NCBI GenBank assembly: GCA_003344405.1 | Contig: NOWV01000100.1 | Location: 186,001 to 250,000, forward strand | DNA: 64,000 bases | Direction: 5' to 3' | DNA from: Trichoplax sp. H2 | Lineage: Eukaryota | In this document: piece by piece, positions 13,801 to 27,106 of the stretch | How positions within the stretch are numbered: the stretch's first letter is position 1 | How the letters are laid out: every line of letters starts with the position of its first letter | Translations under genes and position numbers: made by a program | Notes under the pieces: model-generated | What the model saw: the letters and a program-made list of their open reading frames with translations, nothing else | Databases searched by the model: none | What the model was told of the DNA's origin: nothing

Positions 13801-16800
13801 GAATGATAAATATGCAGCGGACTTATGTATTCAAATTGGGATATTCATTGAATCCTTTACTTGTCGCAATAAATAATTATTCCGAGCGTAGTCACTGAAT
13901 TGACTCAGTCTTTCTTTCAGCCATGGCAGAAAGACTGTTAAGATGCCAAATAGTATCCGTTGAATTCTATTAATTTCGGAATTATCTAAAGTTATTGTAA
14001 AATGAAAAATATTTCCCTGTTATCAATATAATTTCAAGCATACATAATACTAGTCAGATGTATGCCTATTTTACAAAGCATTTCTACATTATTTGCATAA
14101 GTGTCAAGATTACAGAGTGACTACTGCTGTTAGTACAAGAAATGGTACAACATCAATAAAGTATAAACGCTTATTATGCTTTTCAATTAAGATTACTAAT
14201 TAATTAATTTTTTATTTCATTTCGTCACTTTAATGGAAACGTGATAAACCAACAATATATTTAGTAGAAGATGGTTTTCACCTTTATGTCGATAAGCGAT
14301 ATTCAGCATTTGTTGACCTAATGTCGCTCCATTAGATAATACAGAATGCTAAAGTCGAGACGATAAAGTTTAACAATATTTAATTTACAATATTAATTTT
14401 ATGACAGGAAAGCAAATTATCGAATAATATTTATGAGAAGTACAAGTATAAAGTCGTACCTAACGAGACGATATAAAGGGGGAAAATTAATTACCTTCAA
14501 CTACTATAATTACAGATTATATCTACTTTTCTGATAATTATTAATTACGTCTACCATCAATAAGTCTATTACCTTCCATACTAGATATCGTAATGCTAGC
14601 AATAATTCTGGCTCGTACTTCGTCAACAAGCCAGCCTAGATGTTGACAATTCAAATGGTAAATAGTAACTATATGTAATGCGAGTAAGTACTATAAAAGT
14701 TCAAGTTACGTCAATAATATTGATCTAAATAGCAACAAGATAAAATCAATTTTGTATATTATAGACAAATACAGTCGATTTAATCTTACAATCGTTATTG
14801 ATATTGAACGTTGCCAAGGGGCATTATTACCGATCAATCAATAGTATACTTTATTGATTTGGTAACTAGTATAACAGACAGATTCATCAGCGCTATCCTA
14901 AGCACAAATCTCCATGTTTACACATTTATAAGGAGATTGATTGATTCTCTTCCGTTGATGGTTTATAAACCATTAACGCATATTGAAGTGTAACTACATA
15001 CGAGTATAGAAAAGTATTTCATAAACAATGCTTAATATTTATGATTCATTCTCTTCAAACATGCACACCAATCTTTAATATATCCTATGAAGTAAAAAGT
15101 ACCAATACATACAGTATGCGAAGTATAAGGCAGATTCTACGAGTACAATATACGCATTTAGCATGATATATCATTAGCATTTCAAGTGTTATCCAAGTAA
15201 GTATAAAATGTCTACAATTTCTATTAACTAGCAAAACAGGAGTATTAATCGTGATTGTATCCAGGCATGTAAATAGCATTATTGAAACGTCATATTATTA
15301 TCTTGGATCAAAATAACATTAAATGGTTGCTACACAGACCTGGAAGTATTTAATCGCTTCAATTAATTGCGATTTGAAAAGATTAAGAAGTTCGATGTCA
15401 AGCTCTGACGAATCTAGCTAAAAACAAAAAGGAGAAAATGATTTACAGGTAATTACGTAAATCGGTCAATGTAAAGATAATAATCTATTTGTTGAGCATA
15501 GTCCATAACCTGTTGTTTATAAAGATGTCTATTGACGACATTCAATTTTAACAAATTGTAATTGCAATTGATTTTATTGATCAAAATATTGGATGATGAC
15601 GATGTGAGATGTAGCAACATTGATCTAGTTGTAGAAACATCCAACTATAATTCTTTTGCCTACGTCATGTTGATCTTTACTGCATTTCTATCTTTCCCAT
15701 AAAGTCAAGATGATCAACATTGAGTGCGTCAATAAATCACAGCAATTTTTCCTCATTACAAACAAGGTCGAATAGAGCAAATGATGTCGATCTTGTTGTT
15801 GAAATAGTAACAACTACCAAAAGCTCCACATTTTCAATAGCATGTGTTTCAAGAAACTGTTCAAATAAGAAGACATCCATACCGTTGTGTTGAATCCATT
15901 CTTGACTCACTAACATTACTTTCTTTTTACCTTAACCAACCCCGTTTCAAGGCAGTCAACGATAGATGAAATCTAGAATAACAATATACGCTAGATATGA
16001 CCAATGATGAGCAAAAAAATAATGCTCCATTCTAACTATGGCTATCTCTCATACAGTATTTCATTTTCTATCCTAAGTTAAGTAATGATCAACGAAGAAC
16101 ACTAGAGTTCCAATTCTGTTGCTCTATTACGGTCAATAGACTGCCTATCCATGGATAGTTCAATGATAAATAGGGCATTCCCTAGGCTATCAATAATAAT
16201 TCATGTTCTAGAGTTATCGTCGTACTTTTGTGCTATCCTACAGTCGATGCAAGGATTAGCAGTGAGTAAGTATACTTTATCTCATCGATAACGATCATCC
16301 ATATATAGTCCACATCAACATGGATTACGCAAATATGCAGTCGGTTTCTCGTCCAAAATCTGGCTGTATCGATTGTTACAACTACCTTTTGTGGAGTATT
16401 CTAAATTAAATGTTAATATCCACGATGATTTTTTTGATGAGAATTGGTACTTACTCTCCAATCGATAGAAGTAAGAGAAAAAGCTTTTCCTTTTACCTCT
16501 ATGAAATGAAGCTTTTGCACCATGATGATATGTGTTAAGATGAGAATTGAAACTTAATCCTCATCTCTGATATCCATCATGATATTGACAAGGGATTTCT
16601 TAAACTTACTATCGAATTAGAGCCTAGATAATGATCAATCTTGTCGACTATTTGTGATATCAATTCTACGCTTGTATGTAGATTGCTTAATTTTATGCAT
16701 CAATCTTATCCATGTATTAAATGAATTTTCGATAGTTAACACAGATTATTTGCGATTGTCGCATTCATGGATGACTACCTTTCTACAATATTATTTACTT

Positions 16801-16876
16801 ATAGTAATTTTGTTCCTGGGTAGTTGGATCTTGATGAAAGTTTTGAATAGCCATCATGGATATTATATTCCTTCAG

Positions 16877-17354
16877 TATCTACACTCTATCAGCATGTAA
16901 AGTAGTTTTATTTCTGTAGTATTTTTTCTCAAAGATGGAGAATACGAGTAGCTCTTACGCGTTTGGCCTTTGAACTAGATGTGTTTGTTGATCATCAATT
17001 TATTGTAAGCTTTCTGATGTCAGTTTGATCAATCGAAGCTAAAACTATCCTTGTACTAGTTTGTCCCTCTCCAATCCTGACATGGCATTTTATACATTGA
17101 GCAAAAAGAACATTCCTATGCATTTAGTCCTTTAATATCTACACTTTATCAACATGTAAAGTTGCTTTTTTTACAGTATTTTTTCTCAAAGATGGAGAAT
17201 ACGAGTAGCTCTTACGCGTTTGGCCCTTGAACTACATGTGTTGATCATCATTTTGCGGTAAGCTTTCTGATGTCAGTTTGATCAATCGAAGGTAAAACTA
17301 TCCTTGTACTAGTTTGTCCCTCTCCAATCTTGACTTGGCATTTTAGACATTGAG
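16877..17354. repeat. Tandem direct duplication, period ~259 bp, 2 copies
   Basis: TATCTACACT...CTCAAAGATGGAGAATACGAGTAGCTCTTACGCGTTTGGCC...CATTGAGC occurs from 16877 and again from 17136. Confidence 0.9.
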
Positions 17355-18261
17355 CCCTACTTATCCATGTCAATGGAGTGGATCTAGACCTGAATGCAAT
17401 TTTCATCGACTGATTCTGACATCCTTTCTCCAATAGAATCAACATCCAAGTGATTGTCAATGTCGCTGTTTCCTGGGTAGAAAAAATGGAACTTTTTTTC
17501 CCCTCCCCTCGCCCTTGTGATATCCAACAACATTAATTGATAACATAACATGCCCAAGTTGATTAGTCTGACAAGAGAAGATGACATAGGATGAGAAAAA
17601 TAGTCCGCGACATAGCATGAGAAAATAGTTGGCGGTCGTTGTCCTCTTGATGACAATTTGATCATGGCTGTTTATGTGGCAGTTTGTTCTTCTCGCCCAA
17701 TGTCATGGCCATGGGAATTCAATCATCATCGACAATCATACAGCTACCAATGGTTTAAGTTGTTTGCAATACAAGACAAGAATCAAGCAAGCAACTAACC
17801 TGAGTAACTCGAGCAACAGTAGACATGGTCGTTGTGATTTCCTTTTTGCAATTCGTCCACCAAAATATCGTCAACAAAATCAACTAGCCAAGTTCAAGCT
17901 CCTTTTGACACTTCTCAAAATCACCATTGCTTGTCCCTATCCATTTGCATAGGAACAAGGTTATTGCTAGACTACGTTAAAGGTGTTTGGAAGTGGAGAT
18001 ATACCTTCCAAAGTCCAAAGGGAATGAAATTATTGCAACACTAGCGAGGACTTTAGGGGCCCTAATTGCAAGCTGAGTCTGATCCTATTCTACCTTCCCA
18101 TACAGTCTCGCTAGCTATACTGTTGTCTCATCACGAGTAGTATGCGCCAATCACTACAGAAATTGGCAGTCGTAAGCCTAGTTAAGATTCCACATATCTT
18201 GCATTTGTATCGCCAGGTTGGAGAAAGTACTTTTGCAGCTTCCATGGCTATCCTTAACCTT

Positions 18262-18886
18262 AAATCTTCTCTTCTTCCATCTACCCATTGCCCAATTTTT
18301 AGACTTAATCCTTTAATAAAACACCAATGCAGCCCTAAAACAGCAGTATTAGCAGATTAGTCATGCCAAGCTGTTGAAGAAGAAGTACACAAGCGATGGT
18401 TGTCGACATGTTGTGCTGGAGTTCATGATATCGATGATGGAGTAAAAATGCAAATCTTCTCTTCTTCCATCTACCCATTGCCCAATTTTTAGACTTAATC
18501 CTGTAATAAAACACCAATGCAGCCCTAAAACAGCTGTATTAGCAGATTAGTCATGCCAAGCTGTTGAAGAAGAAGTACACTAGCGATGGTTGTCGACATG
18601 TTGTGCTGGAGTTCATGACATCGAGTAAGGAATCCATCCGATCGATGATGGAGTAAAAATGCAAACCTTCTCTTCCACCATCTACCCATTGCCCAATTTT
18701 TAGACTTAATCCTGTAATAAATCACCAATGCAGCCCTAAAACAGCTGTATTAGCAGATTAGTCATGCCAAGCTGTTGAAGAAGAAGTACACAAGCGATGG
18801 TTGCCGACATGTTGTGCTGGAGTTCATGACATCGAGTAAGGAATCCATCCGATCGATGATGGAGTAAAAATGCAAATCTTCTCTTC
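18262..18886. repeat. Tandem array of about three 190-211 bp units
   Basis: Recurrent AAATCTTCTCTTCTTCCATCTACCCATTGCCCAATTTTTAGACTTAATCC...GATGATGGAGTAAAAATGC; produces three near-identical short minus-strand ORFs in the track. Confidence 0.92.
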
Positions 18887-18889
18887 TGG

Positions 18890-19744
18890 ATGCAATCAGG
18901 AGTAAAACCTAGGCTAATCGGCGCCAATCATTACTGGGATGAGGCAGTCTTAAGCCTTATGAAAATGCTGCATTCGTCTAGATAGCTTGGAGAAAATATT
19001 TTTTCAACCTTACGTAGTCAGCATGGTGAGAGTACGGAAGGAGTGCACGATGATTCAATCATGCAGAATCGCAAAATGGAAGATTAGCAATTGCAATTAA
19101 TCCTGCTGTAAACCCCCAATGCAGTCCCTAAAAGCTGATCGAATCCATCGGTAGATTACTGGTGTCAAGACGTTTCCATAAGTTATCGTTGTAAAGGAGT
19201 CAAGTAGAGAGTAGAGTAAATCATCCAGTTTTCTACTTTATTATCCGCGATGCAATCATGAGTAAACATGGACGCATGCAGTTTTCACTAGGACTTGCCT
19301 TCTCTTAAGCCTTGTGAAAATGCTCCATTCGTCTAAATAGCTTACAGAAAGTGTTTTTTCAGGCCTACATAGTCAGCCTGGTGATAGCACTGTCGTAGTA
19401 GCGGCCATTTTATCATGCACAATCGTAAAATACAACATCATAAATGCCTTCTAACCCTGCAATAAATCCCCCAATGCAGTCTGCTAAAAGCAGATCGAAT
19501 CCATCGGTAGATTATTGCTGTAAAGCCATTTTAAAAATCATGAGTAAACATAGACGCATCCAGTCATCACTAAGACTTGCCTTCTCTTAAGCCTTGTGAA
19601 AATGTTCTATCCGTCTAAATAGCTAGCAGAAAGTGTTTTTTCAGGCCTACATAATCAGCCTGGCGATAGTACTGTGGTAGTAGCGGCCATTTTATCATGC
19701 ACAATCGTAAAATATAACATCACAAATAGCATCTAACCCTGCAA
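18890..19744. repeat. Three diverged copies of a ~280-360 bp unit
   Basis: TCTTAAGCCTT(A/G)TGAAAATG..CGTCTA..TAGCT and ATCATGCA.AATCG.AAAAT recur near 18950, 19305 and 19585. Confidence 0.85.
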
Positions 19745-20461
19745 CGTAAAAGCCTGGTATAAGCGATGCTTTTGATCATTTAGGTAGATTGATTTCAGCT
19801 TCGTAGAAAGAGAAATACCGACGATCGATTTTTATTTGCATACCAAGTCCTAGAAGTTGGAGTGATTGATATTCAAGAATTGGGTTTACCATGTTTGTCT
19901 TGCAAAACAAATTTGCAATGATATGGAAGTCGCTGCACGATTTCTGTTAAGTTTGTTGTTGGTAGATGGAGAATTATGGTTGTTGCAACGAGTCTTTCCT
20001 TGTCTACCCAAGCTTGTTCTACGATATCGTAGAATCTCCAATGGATTGAGAATCAGTAATGCAATCTGTTATTGCATATTGATAGTGCCATTGAAATGTG
20101 GAGTAGAGTTAACAGAGCAGTTTTTTGGGGGGGATTGCCTATGGATATCAAAGACTCCCTGAGCATCACTCTACTGCAACTTTGGACTCAAGATGCGTTG
20201 GAATCTCCTATGAAGAATACTTTACTTTGACGATAGCATACTCCAATAAACGCTAATGTTGGAAATGAGTGCTGTGTAGAGTTGTATAAAATAGGAAAGT
20301 ACAAATGGAAGGTAGAATAACAGTTCTGAACAGATCAATAGTTGGGCTAAGGCATGCATACATGTTATAATTTCACTTCTGCGACAAGGTAAAGTCCAGT
20401 AAATGTCTACAAGTAGCTGCCGACTTCAACGCCCTTTTACTTCACGTTCAACACAGCAAAA

Positions 20462-21904
20462 GACTGTCAAGATGCAACTTTTATTAGCAAAGATATATCT
20501 ACAACTTTTTACCACCCCACTCCACTTCAATGTTCCCGTTTATATAGGAACCGTCTAATTTGGAAACGGCAACAGTAGAATTAATTATTCTACCTTACTA
20601 GGAGAAACATCGCGAAGTAAGATGTTCCTTACAACGTTTTTCTATCAGGAAATATTTTGAATCGCTTGCTCAAACTTCATCTTAACTCGTAGGTTGTCTA
20701 ATTCAACTATCATCAACTACAACTTAAATCATCTTACTGCTTAACTATCACATAATAATAATCAATATCAAATATGAACTAAGAAGTTCCTTACATAGCT
20801 TTTCTACCAGGAAATATTTTGAATCGCTTACTCATACTTCATCTTAACTCGTAGATTGTCTAATTCAACTATCATCCACTACAACTTAAATCATCTTAAG
20901 GCTTAACTATCACACAATAATAATCAATATCAAATATGTAATGAACTCTTGCAAGCAACATCCACGTTAAGGCATTACTTGTCTTACCTAGCACTACAAA
21001 TCGGGATATTTCTCCATACTTGCTATTACTGTCCTTAGTAAACTATCCTAACGACAAGGCAACACTCTAACAATACAGTAGTAGTTACACTGTGCTAGCT
21101 TCGTTGATCGTTGTCAAGTAAGCAATGGCGATAATCCTTGATAGAAGAAGAGATATTTCTACATAGGAAAGTCTAGTTGAAAGGACAAGTTGCAAGTCTT
21201 GTAGCTATCATCAATTGGCAATGAACCAACTCAAAATCGATATTGACTTTCGGCACANNNNNNNNNNNNNNNNNNNNGACTGTCAAGATGCAACTTTTAT
21301 TAGCAAAGATACATCTACAACTTTTGACCACCCCACTCCACTTTAATGTTCCCGTTTATATAGGAACCGTCTAATTTGGAAACGGCAACAGTAGAATTCA
21401 TTATTCTACCTTACTAGGAGAAACATCGCGAAGTAAGATGTTCCTTGCAACGCTTTTCTATCAGGAAATTTTATTTTAAATCGCTTACTCAAACTTCATC
21501 TTAACTCGTAGATTGTCTAATTCAACTATCATCCACTACAACTTCAATCATCTTACGGCTTAACTATCACATAATAATAATAATCAATATCAAATATGTA
21601 ATGAACTTCCACATTAAGGCATTACTTGTCTTACCTAGCACTACAAATCGGGATATTTCTCCATACTCGCTATTACTGTCCTAATTAAACTATCCTAACG
21701 ACAAGGCAACACTCTAACAATATTGTAGTAGTTAGACTGTGCTAGCTTCGTTGATCGTTGTCAAGTAAGCGATGGCGTTAATCCTTGATAGAAGAAGAGA
21801 TAGTTCTACATAGGAAAGTCTAGTTGAAAGGACCAGTTGCAAGTCTTGTAGCTATCATCAATTGGCAATGAACCAACTCAAAATCGATATTGACTTTCGG
21901 CACA
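20462..21904. repeat. Near-identical direct duplication (20462-21257 and 21278-21904) flanking a 20-N gap at 21258-21277
   Basis: Both copies start GACTGTCAAGATGCAAC and end GACTTTCGGCACA; the first copy carries an extra internal ~160-bp duplication. Confidence 0.9.
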
Positions 21905-22492
21905 ACCGGCCATGACAACGTCAGATCGTTGCTCTCTGCATGCTATCGCCATACTTTCAAAGCATGCAAGTAAGGCAATGAACTGAAATGACTACAATCA
22001 TATTAGGTTTAGAATGACGAAAAGATTATACTTCGAGTTGCCATGATATCGATCATGTAAGTGCCTATCGTTACTGCTAAGAAAAGGTAACTGATAATCC
22101 ATGGTAAAAGAACTGTTTGACAGTGTGGAACAGAACAAAGTTGAACAAGAAAAATGGAGCCTTGGCATGTTACGAATTATGCTTGGAGGTGAATGGTATG
22201 TCCACTCGTCTATACGGTAATAAATGTAAAAATATCTCACGATGATTCTAGCTAAGCTAGTCTAATTCTTACAAAATAACTATCTCAGGCAGATAGAATC
22301 AAAAAAGTCTTTTAGGGCAGAGCTAAGAATAGTAGAGCAATCATGAACTACAACAAGAATCTAATGGAAAGTATCTTGAGCTTAAAAAAAAGTGTCGTCT
22401 AGTCTAGTGCAAGCTGATCTCTCCAGTTCTTCAACACATTTCTTAACTTCTGAATCAATTTCATTTCTTTCTAATTCTTAACTTCTTAAATT

Positions 22493-22674
22493 CATTTTGT
22501 TCCATCTATGGACGGTAACAAAGTCGCCTACAAACAGACTTGAGTCGTCAAATAGACCACTTTTCCTCAACTAGATCATCAATACATTTTGTTCCATCTA
22601 TGGACGGTAAAAGTCGCCTACAAACAGACTTGAGCCGTCGAATAGACCACTTTTCCTCAACTACATTATCAATA
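22493..22674. repeat. Tandem duplication, period ~92 bp
   Basis: CATTTTGTTCCATCTATGGACGGTAA...CCACTTTTCCTCAACTA at 22493 and 22585. Confidence 0.92.
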
Positions 22675-23235
22675 TGTTTTGCACTACGAATTAATCTATT
22701 TAAAGTTTCATTACTCTAACATGAATGTCTAACACTATAAGTTATTGGCCATCATCACCATGATAGCCCATCAAGTTACATAAATCTTGCACCATAGTTT
22801 ACAAACTGGCTAATACCGTGAGATTGGAAGATAGAGTTTCAAGATCGATTGCAATTGGCAAGAGAGAAAGAAACAGTCCTTGATAGAAGAACTGATCTAC
22901 CAAACAGCGTGCAATTTAGCTAGAGATCAGAGTCTCCATTTTACTTTCAAGGCAAATGTAAATTACCACTGCATACAGAAATATACGTACAGAGTCCTTG
23001 GTAGAAGAATTAATTTATATCAATAACATAAAGTTAATAAGAAGCCGAAGTTTTGTTACATTATTTTGGAGACACTGCATCATAACTCATCTCCCTGTTG
23101 CAGTGTTATGGCTCTGTAGAGTAGAGATTCGAGTAGAAATATTGATATTAGGACAATTTTATTAGCTTGCCCATATTTAATCAGCTTCTAATTTAGACAT
23201 ATTGCATTTTAATATAGTAGTGACTTTTTTGTGAG

Positions 23236-24153
23236 ACTGTGATATATCTATGACAGATATCTATTCTGAAACTGTTAGCTACCTGTTAGATCGGGTAAAT
23301 CGGTCAATTTTTAAAACATAAACGATATTTTTTTCATTGTCGTTCACATCTCATCAACGCGAGGGCCAATGCTTGAAAATTGTTTTTAATTTTATTTACT
23401 TTAATAGGGAGTTAACTGTGATATATCTATGACAGATATCTATTCTGAAACTGCTAGCTACCCACTAGATCGGGTAAATCGGTCAATTTTTGGAAAACAT
23501 AAACGATATTTTTTTCCCGTTGTCGTTCACATCTCATCAACACGAGGGCCAATGCTTGGAAATTGTTTTTAATTTTATTTACTTTAATAGGGAGTTAACT
23601 GTGATATATCTTTGACAGATATCTATTCTGAAACTGTTAGCTACCTGTTAGATCGGGTAAATCGGTCAATTTTTAAAACATAAACGATATTTTTTTCATT
23701 GTCGTTCACATCTCATCAACGCGAGGGCCAATGCTTGAAAATTATTCTTAATTTTATTTACTTTAATAGGGAGTTAACTGTGATATATCTTTGACAGATA
23801 TCTATTCTGAAATTGCTAGCTACCTAGCTACCTACTAGATCGGGTAAATCGGTCAATTTTTGGAAAACATAAACGATATTTTTTCCCCGTTGTCGTTCAC
23901 ATCTCATCAACACGGGGGCCAATGCTAGGAAATTGTTTTTTTAATTTTATTTACTTTAATAGGGAGTTAACTGCGATATACCTTTGACAGATATCTATTC
24001 TGAAATTGCTAGCTACCCACTAGATCGGGTAAATCGGTCAATTTTTTGTAAACATAAACGATATTTTTTTCCCGTTGTCGTTCACATCTCATCAACACGA
24101 GGGCCAATGCTTGGAAATTGCTCTTAATTTTATTTACTTTAATGGGGAGTTAA
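23236..24153. repeat. Satellite-like tandem array, 5 units of 179-193 bp
   Basis: Units start ACTG(T/C)GATATA at 23236, 23415, 23598, 23777 and 23970. Confidence 0.95.
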
Positions 24154-24475
24154 TAACATAATACGAAACTGGCCGAATAAGGCAATCTAGTGATATATTA
24201 GAAGGGAATGGAGAATAATCTATTTATAGTTCCAATCACTGTCATTGTAAGTAACTAAGGAAAGTTCTAGATGAGCTCCAAAAAATATTCCGTATATAAA
24301 CATAATACAATCTCATTACCTTCAAGAATTCATTCGATGTCTATCTTTGTAAATACTGTTGCCTTCATTAGGTAGCAGTAGATGTTACAAATATAAATTT
24401 GTAACAAGGAAAAGTGAAACAAATATAGAAATTTAAATACTCTCTACTGTCAGGTTTGTCCTGCCTGACCTTTAA

Positions 24476-24794
24476 CTACGGTACGACTATAACTACTGAC
24501 AATTTTCCTATCGTTAGGAGAAACAGTCAACACCACTGGTCTCTCCAATCATAATTGAACCCAAACTTTATTGAAAAAGTCAAATCAATTAATCGAAAAT
24601 CGATATCAACTAATATTAACCTATCAGTTTTTAGATAACCTACGGTACAACTACAACTACTGACAATTTTCCTATCGTTAGGAGAAACAGTCAACACCAC
24701 TAGTCTCTCCAATCATAATTTGAACCCAAACTTTATTGAAAAAGTCAATCGAAAATCGACATCCACTAATATTAACCTATCAGTTTTTAGATAA
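24476..24794. repeat. Tandem duplication, period ~164 bp
   Basis: CTACGGTAC...CTGACAATTTTCCTATCGTTAGGAGAAACAGTCAACACCAC...TTTTTAGATAA at 24476 and 24640. Confidence 0.92.
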
Positions 24795-27106
24795 TATTAT
24801 ACAACGATTCAGTTATCTATGAAAAGTATGTACAACATTATAGATAATTTACTAGATAAGTTATTTTTAAAGAGATCATGTTACGGCAGCGAAGCAATAA
24901 TTGAACCCATAGCAGTAGACAAAATGAGTCGCTGATCCATTGGAAGATTTCAAACTGAATAATATCAACACTAGGACACCTAAATTACGGTAAAAGTGTA
25001 TCAAAATGCGCTATGCCGTGTAAGTAAGAAAATACTTCTTAAAATTAGAGTTGAACTTAATCGACGAGGTGTCTAAATCTTTGCTTTGCTCACTAGCACA
25101 GGAAAAATGTTCCCGATAACGCAGATATCATTCCTGATAGGTGATTCAAGAGTGCGACTTAATTATTGATCGTAAATGACCTCGTCTGGCTTTAATGTAA
25201 TAATCCCAGAATCAACTGGGGAAGGAGCTTATTCAACGTCATTAAAATTGATCATTTTTCAATTGCCACTGCAGAGAGAGGAATGTACGTCTATAGTCCT
25301 TAGTTGAAGAATCAAGTTATATACGTGTATGGAATTGCCCCTAGTTAGCCGAAAAGGATGCTATCGTTTTAATACGATTAACTGTACTATAGTTCAACAT
25401 GGATGGTATCATGGTTTATCATTATCGCAAGGAGAATGAGCTTTGCAATTAATACATTTAGCAAGACTATAATCCATCTTCGCCATAGCTTCATGATTCA
25501 AATGATAATTATACGATATTCATTTCTTCCGAGTATATTACTAGCAGAAATCCACATTTGGAACCAACTTCAGTAGAGCTTTATTCTTTATTGATGGTAA
25601 ACTGACAGAAAAACGTTTTCTTGTCTACTTGATTGCGCAGTAGTTCCTTGCTAAAAGCAACTACATTCCCCGTGAATTCTTCACTTTTTCAACGTGTACC
25701 ATATTGACTAGCATGAATACTTGAAAGATGATTCGAATAAAATATCAACTCAATTCTGTAATCAAATCAAGAAGAATCATAATTTATATCATCATTATGG
25801 ATGCTTTCATGGTCACTTTTTGTTCGTCATTTTCTGCAATCACTTGCTATTACACAGTCTGTTATAGTAATTGATGTATCTAATTCTACCATTTTGTTCT
25901 TTAGATGATGTCTTCTCTCTCTTAAGCTATAAATACGAACGATTTCTATCTCAGATTTACTTGCAGCAGTAGCAGTATTACTATTTTTCTACGTTACTCC
26001 ACGATGGCTTACATGCACTGCTCTACAGCAACTATCACATTATATGCAATCCTAATCTATAATAAAGTCTTCATTTTTCTCTTAAAATCTTGTGTAATTC
26101 TCTGCGTGGTAACAAAGTCCACTACTGCTGATATATCCGAACCCTCTATCATAATGATTTTCAAAATTTTCCAGTATTTAGGTATCTTAACCATCTTATA
26201 TTATCGGGACACCTTGTAAATCGCTATAGAATAATCTCACAATAGCACCACAAGGAAAGATATAATGTATAAATTACAACTGGGGCTTCGAAAATAGTTA
26301 TTCCTTGCCAGTAACTGGAATCTCCATATTTAAAACAGACTACAATGGAAAATTTTATTCTTGATAATAAATTGACAGACAAGCGTTTTTCTTGTCTACT
26401 TAATAGCAGTGTAATTCATTGTGATAGTAAATTATGATCTAAGATTGCATGGCATTCATTTAAATCTCACTACCATTAATTACATGGACGATTAATCCAT
26501 TTGTTGTGCTATACTGTATGATATCCAATTGCTTGCTAAAAGCAGCTCAATTTCCATCACACTCTTCATCTTCTGAATGTGTACAATATTGATTAGCGTG
26601 GATAATTAAGAGATCATTCAAATAAAATATCACCTAAATTGTGTAATAAAATAAAAAATAATTTATAACGTTGTAGAAATACCTTCACTCTCATAAAACT
26701 ACTCAAGAATAATCCGATAGGAGTATTCGTATCAATTTTTAGTCAAGCAAATAAAATGGCTCTTTTAAGTTAAATTTAAGTTCATAAAAGAAAAGCGTAG
26801 CTTGAGTTAAAGCTTCAAGTTGGTATTTTACAGATTTTCAAGCTTGTTAGTAATTTCTTTACAGCTATAAATACTATCAACACTTGCTACAAATGCATAA
26901 AGAATTCCGGTAGAATCACGTATTTTAGCTATGTACAAGATAGAATCCTAAATAGTATGCTAAAGTATTATCGTAAAAGATACAAATGACCTCAACAAAA
27001 CATCGGTTATGATACATTTTAGCTTCTTAGAAGCAATTGTAACCACCATTTAAAGATGAAGAGCAATTAAAATCGAGATAAAAGAATACGCTAAAACCGA
27101 TTCATT

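Noticed and set aside
18335-18927. Three similar minus-strand ORFs (KRRFAFLLHH...)
   Set aside because: By-product of the tandem repeat; frameshifts and stops between units; no family match recognised
20185-20265. Minus-strand FIGVCYRQSKVFFIGDSNA resembling LINE APE endonuclease motifs
   Set aside because: Spacing between the two motifs is too short, stops flank it, and no reverse transcriptase remnant is seen
23236-24153. CRISPR-like appearance of the tandem arrays (also 60130-60952)
   Set aside because: Whole units are repeated with no unique spacers, there are no cas genes, and the context is eukaryotic
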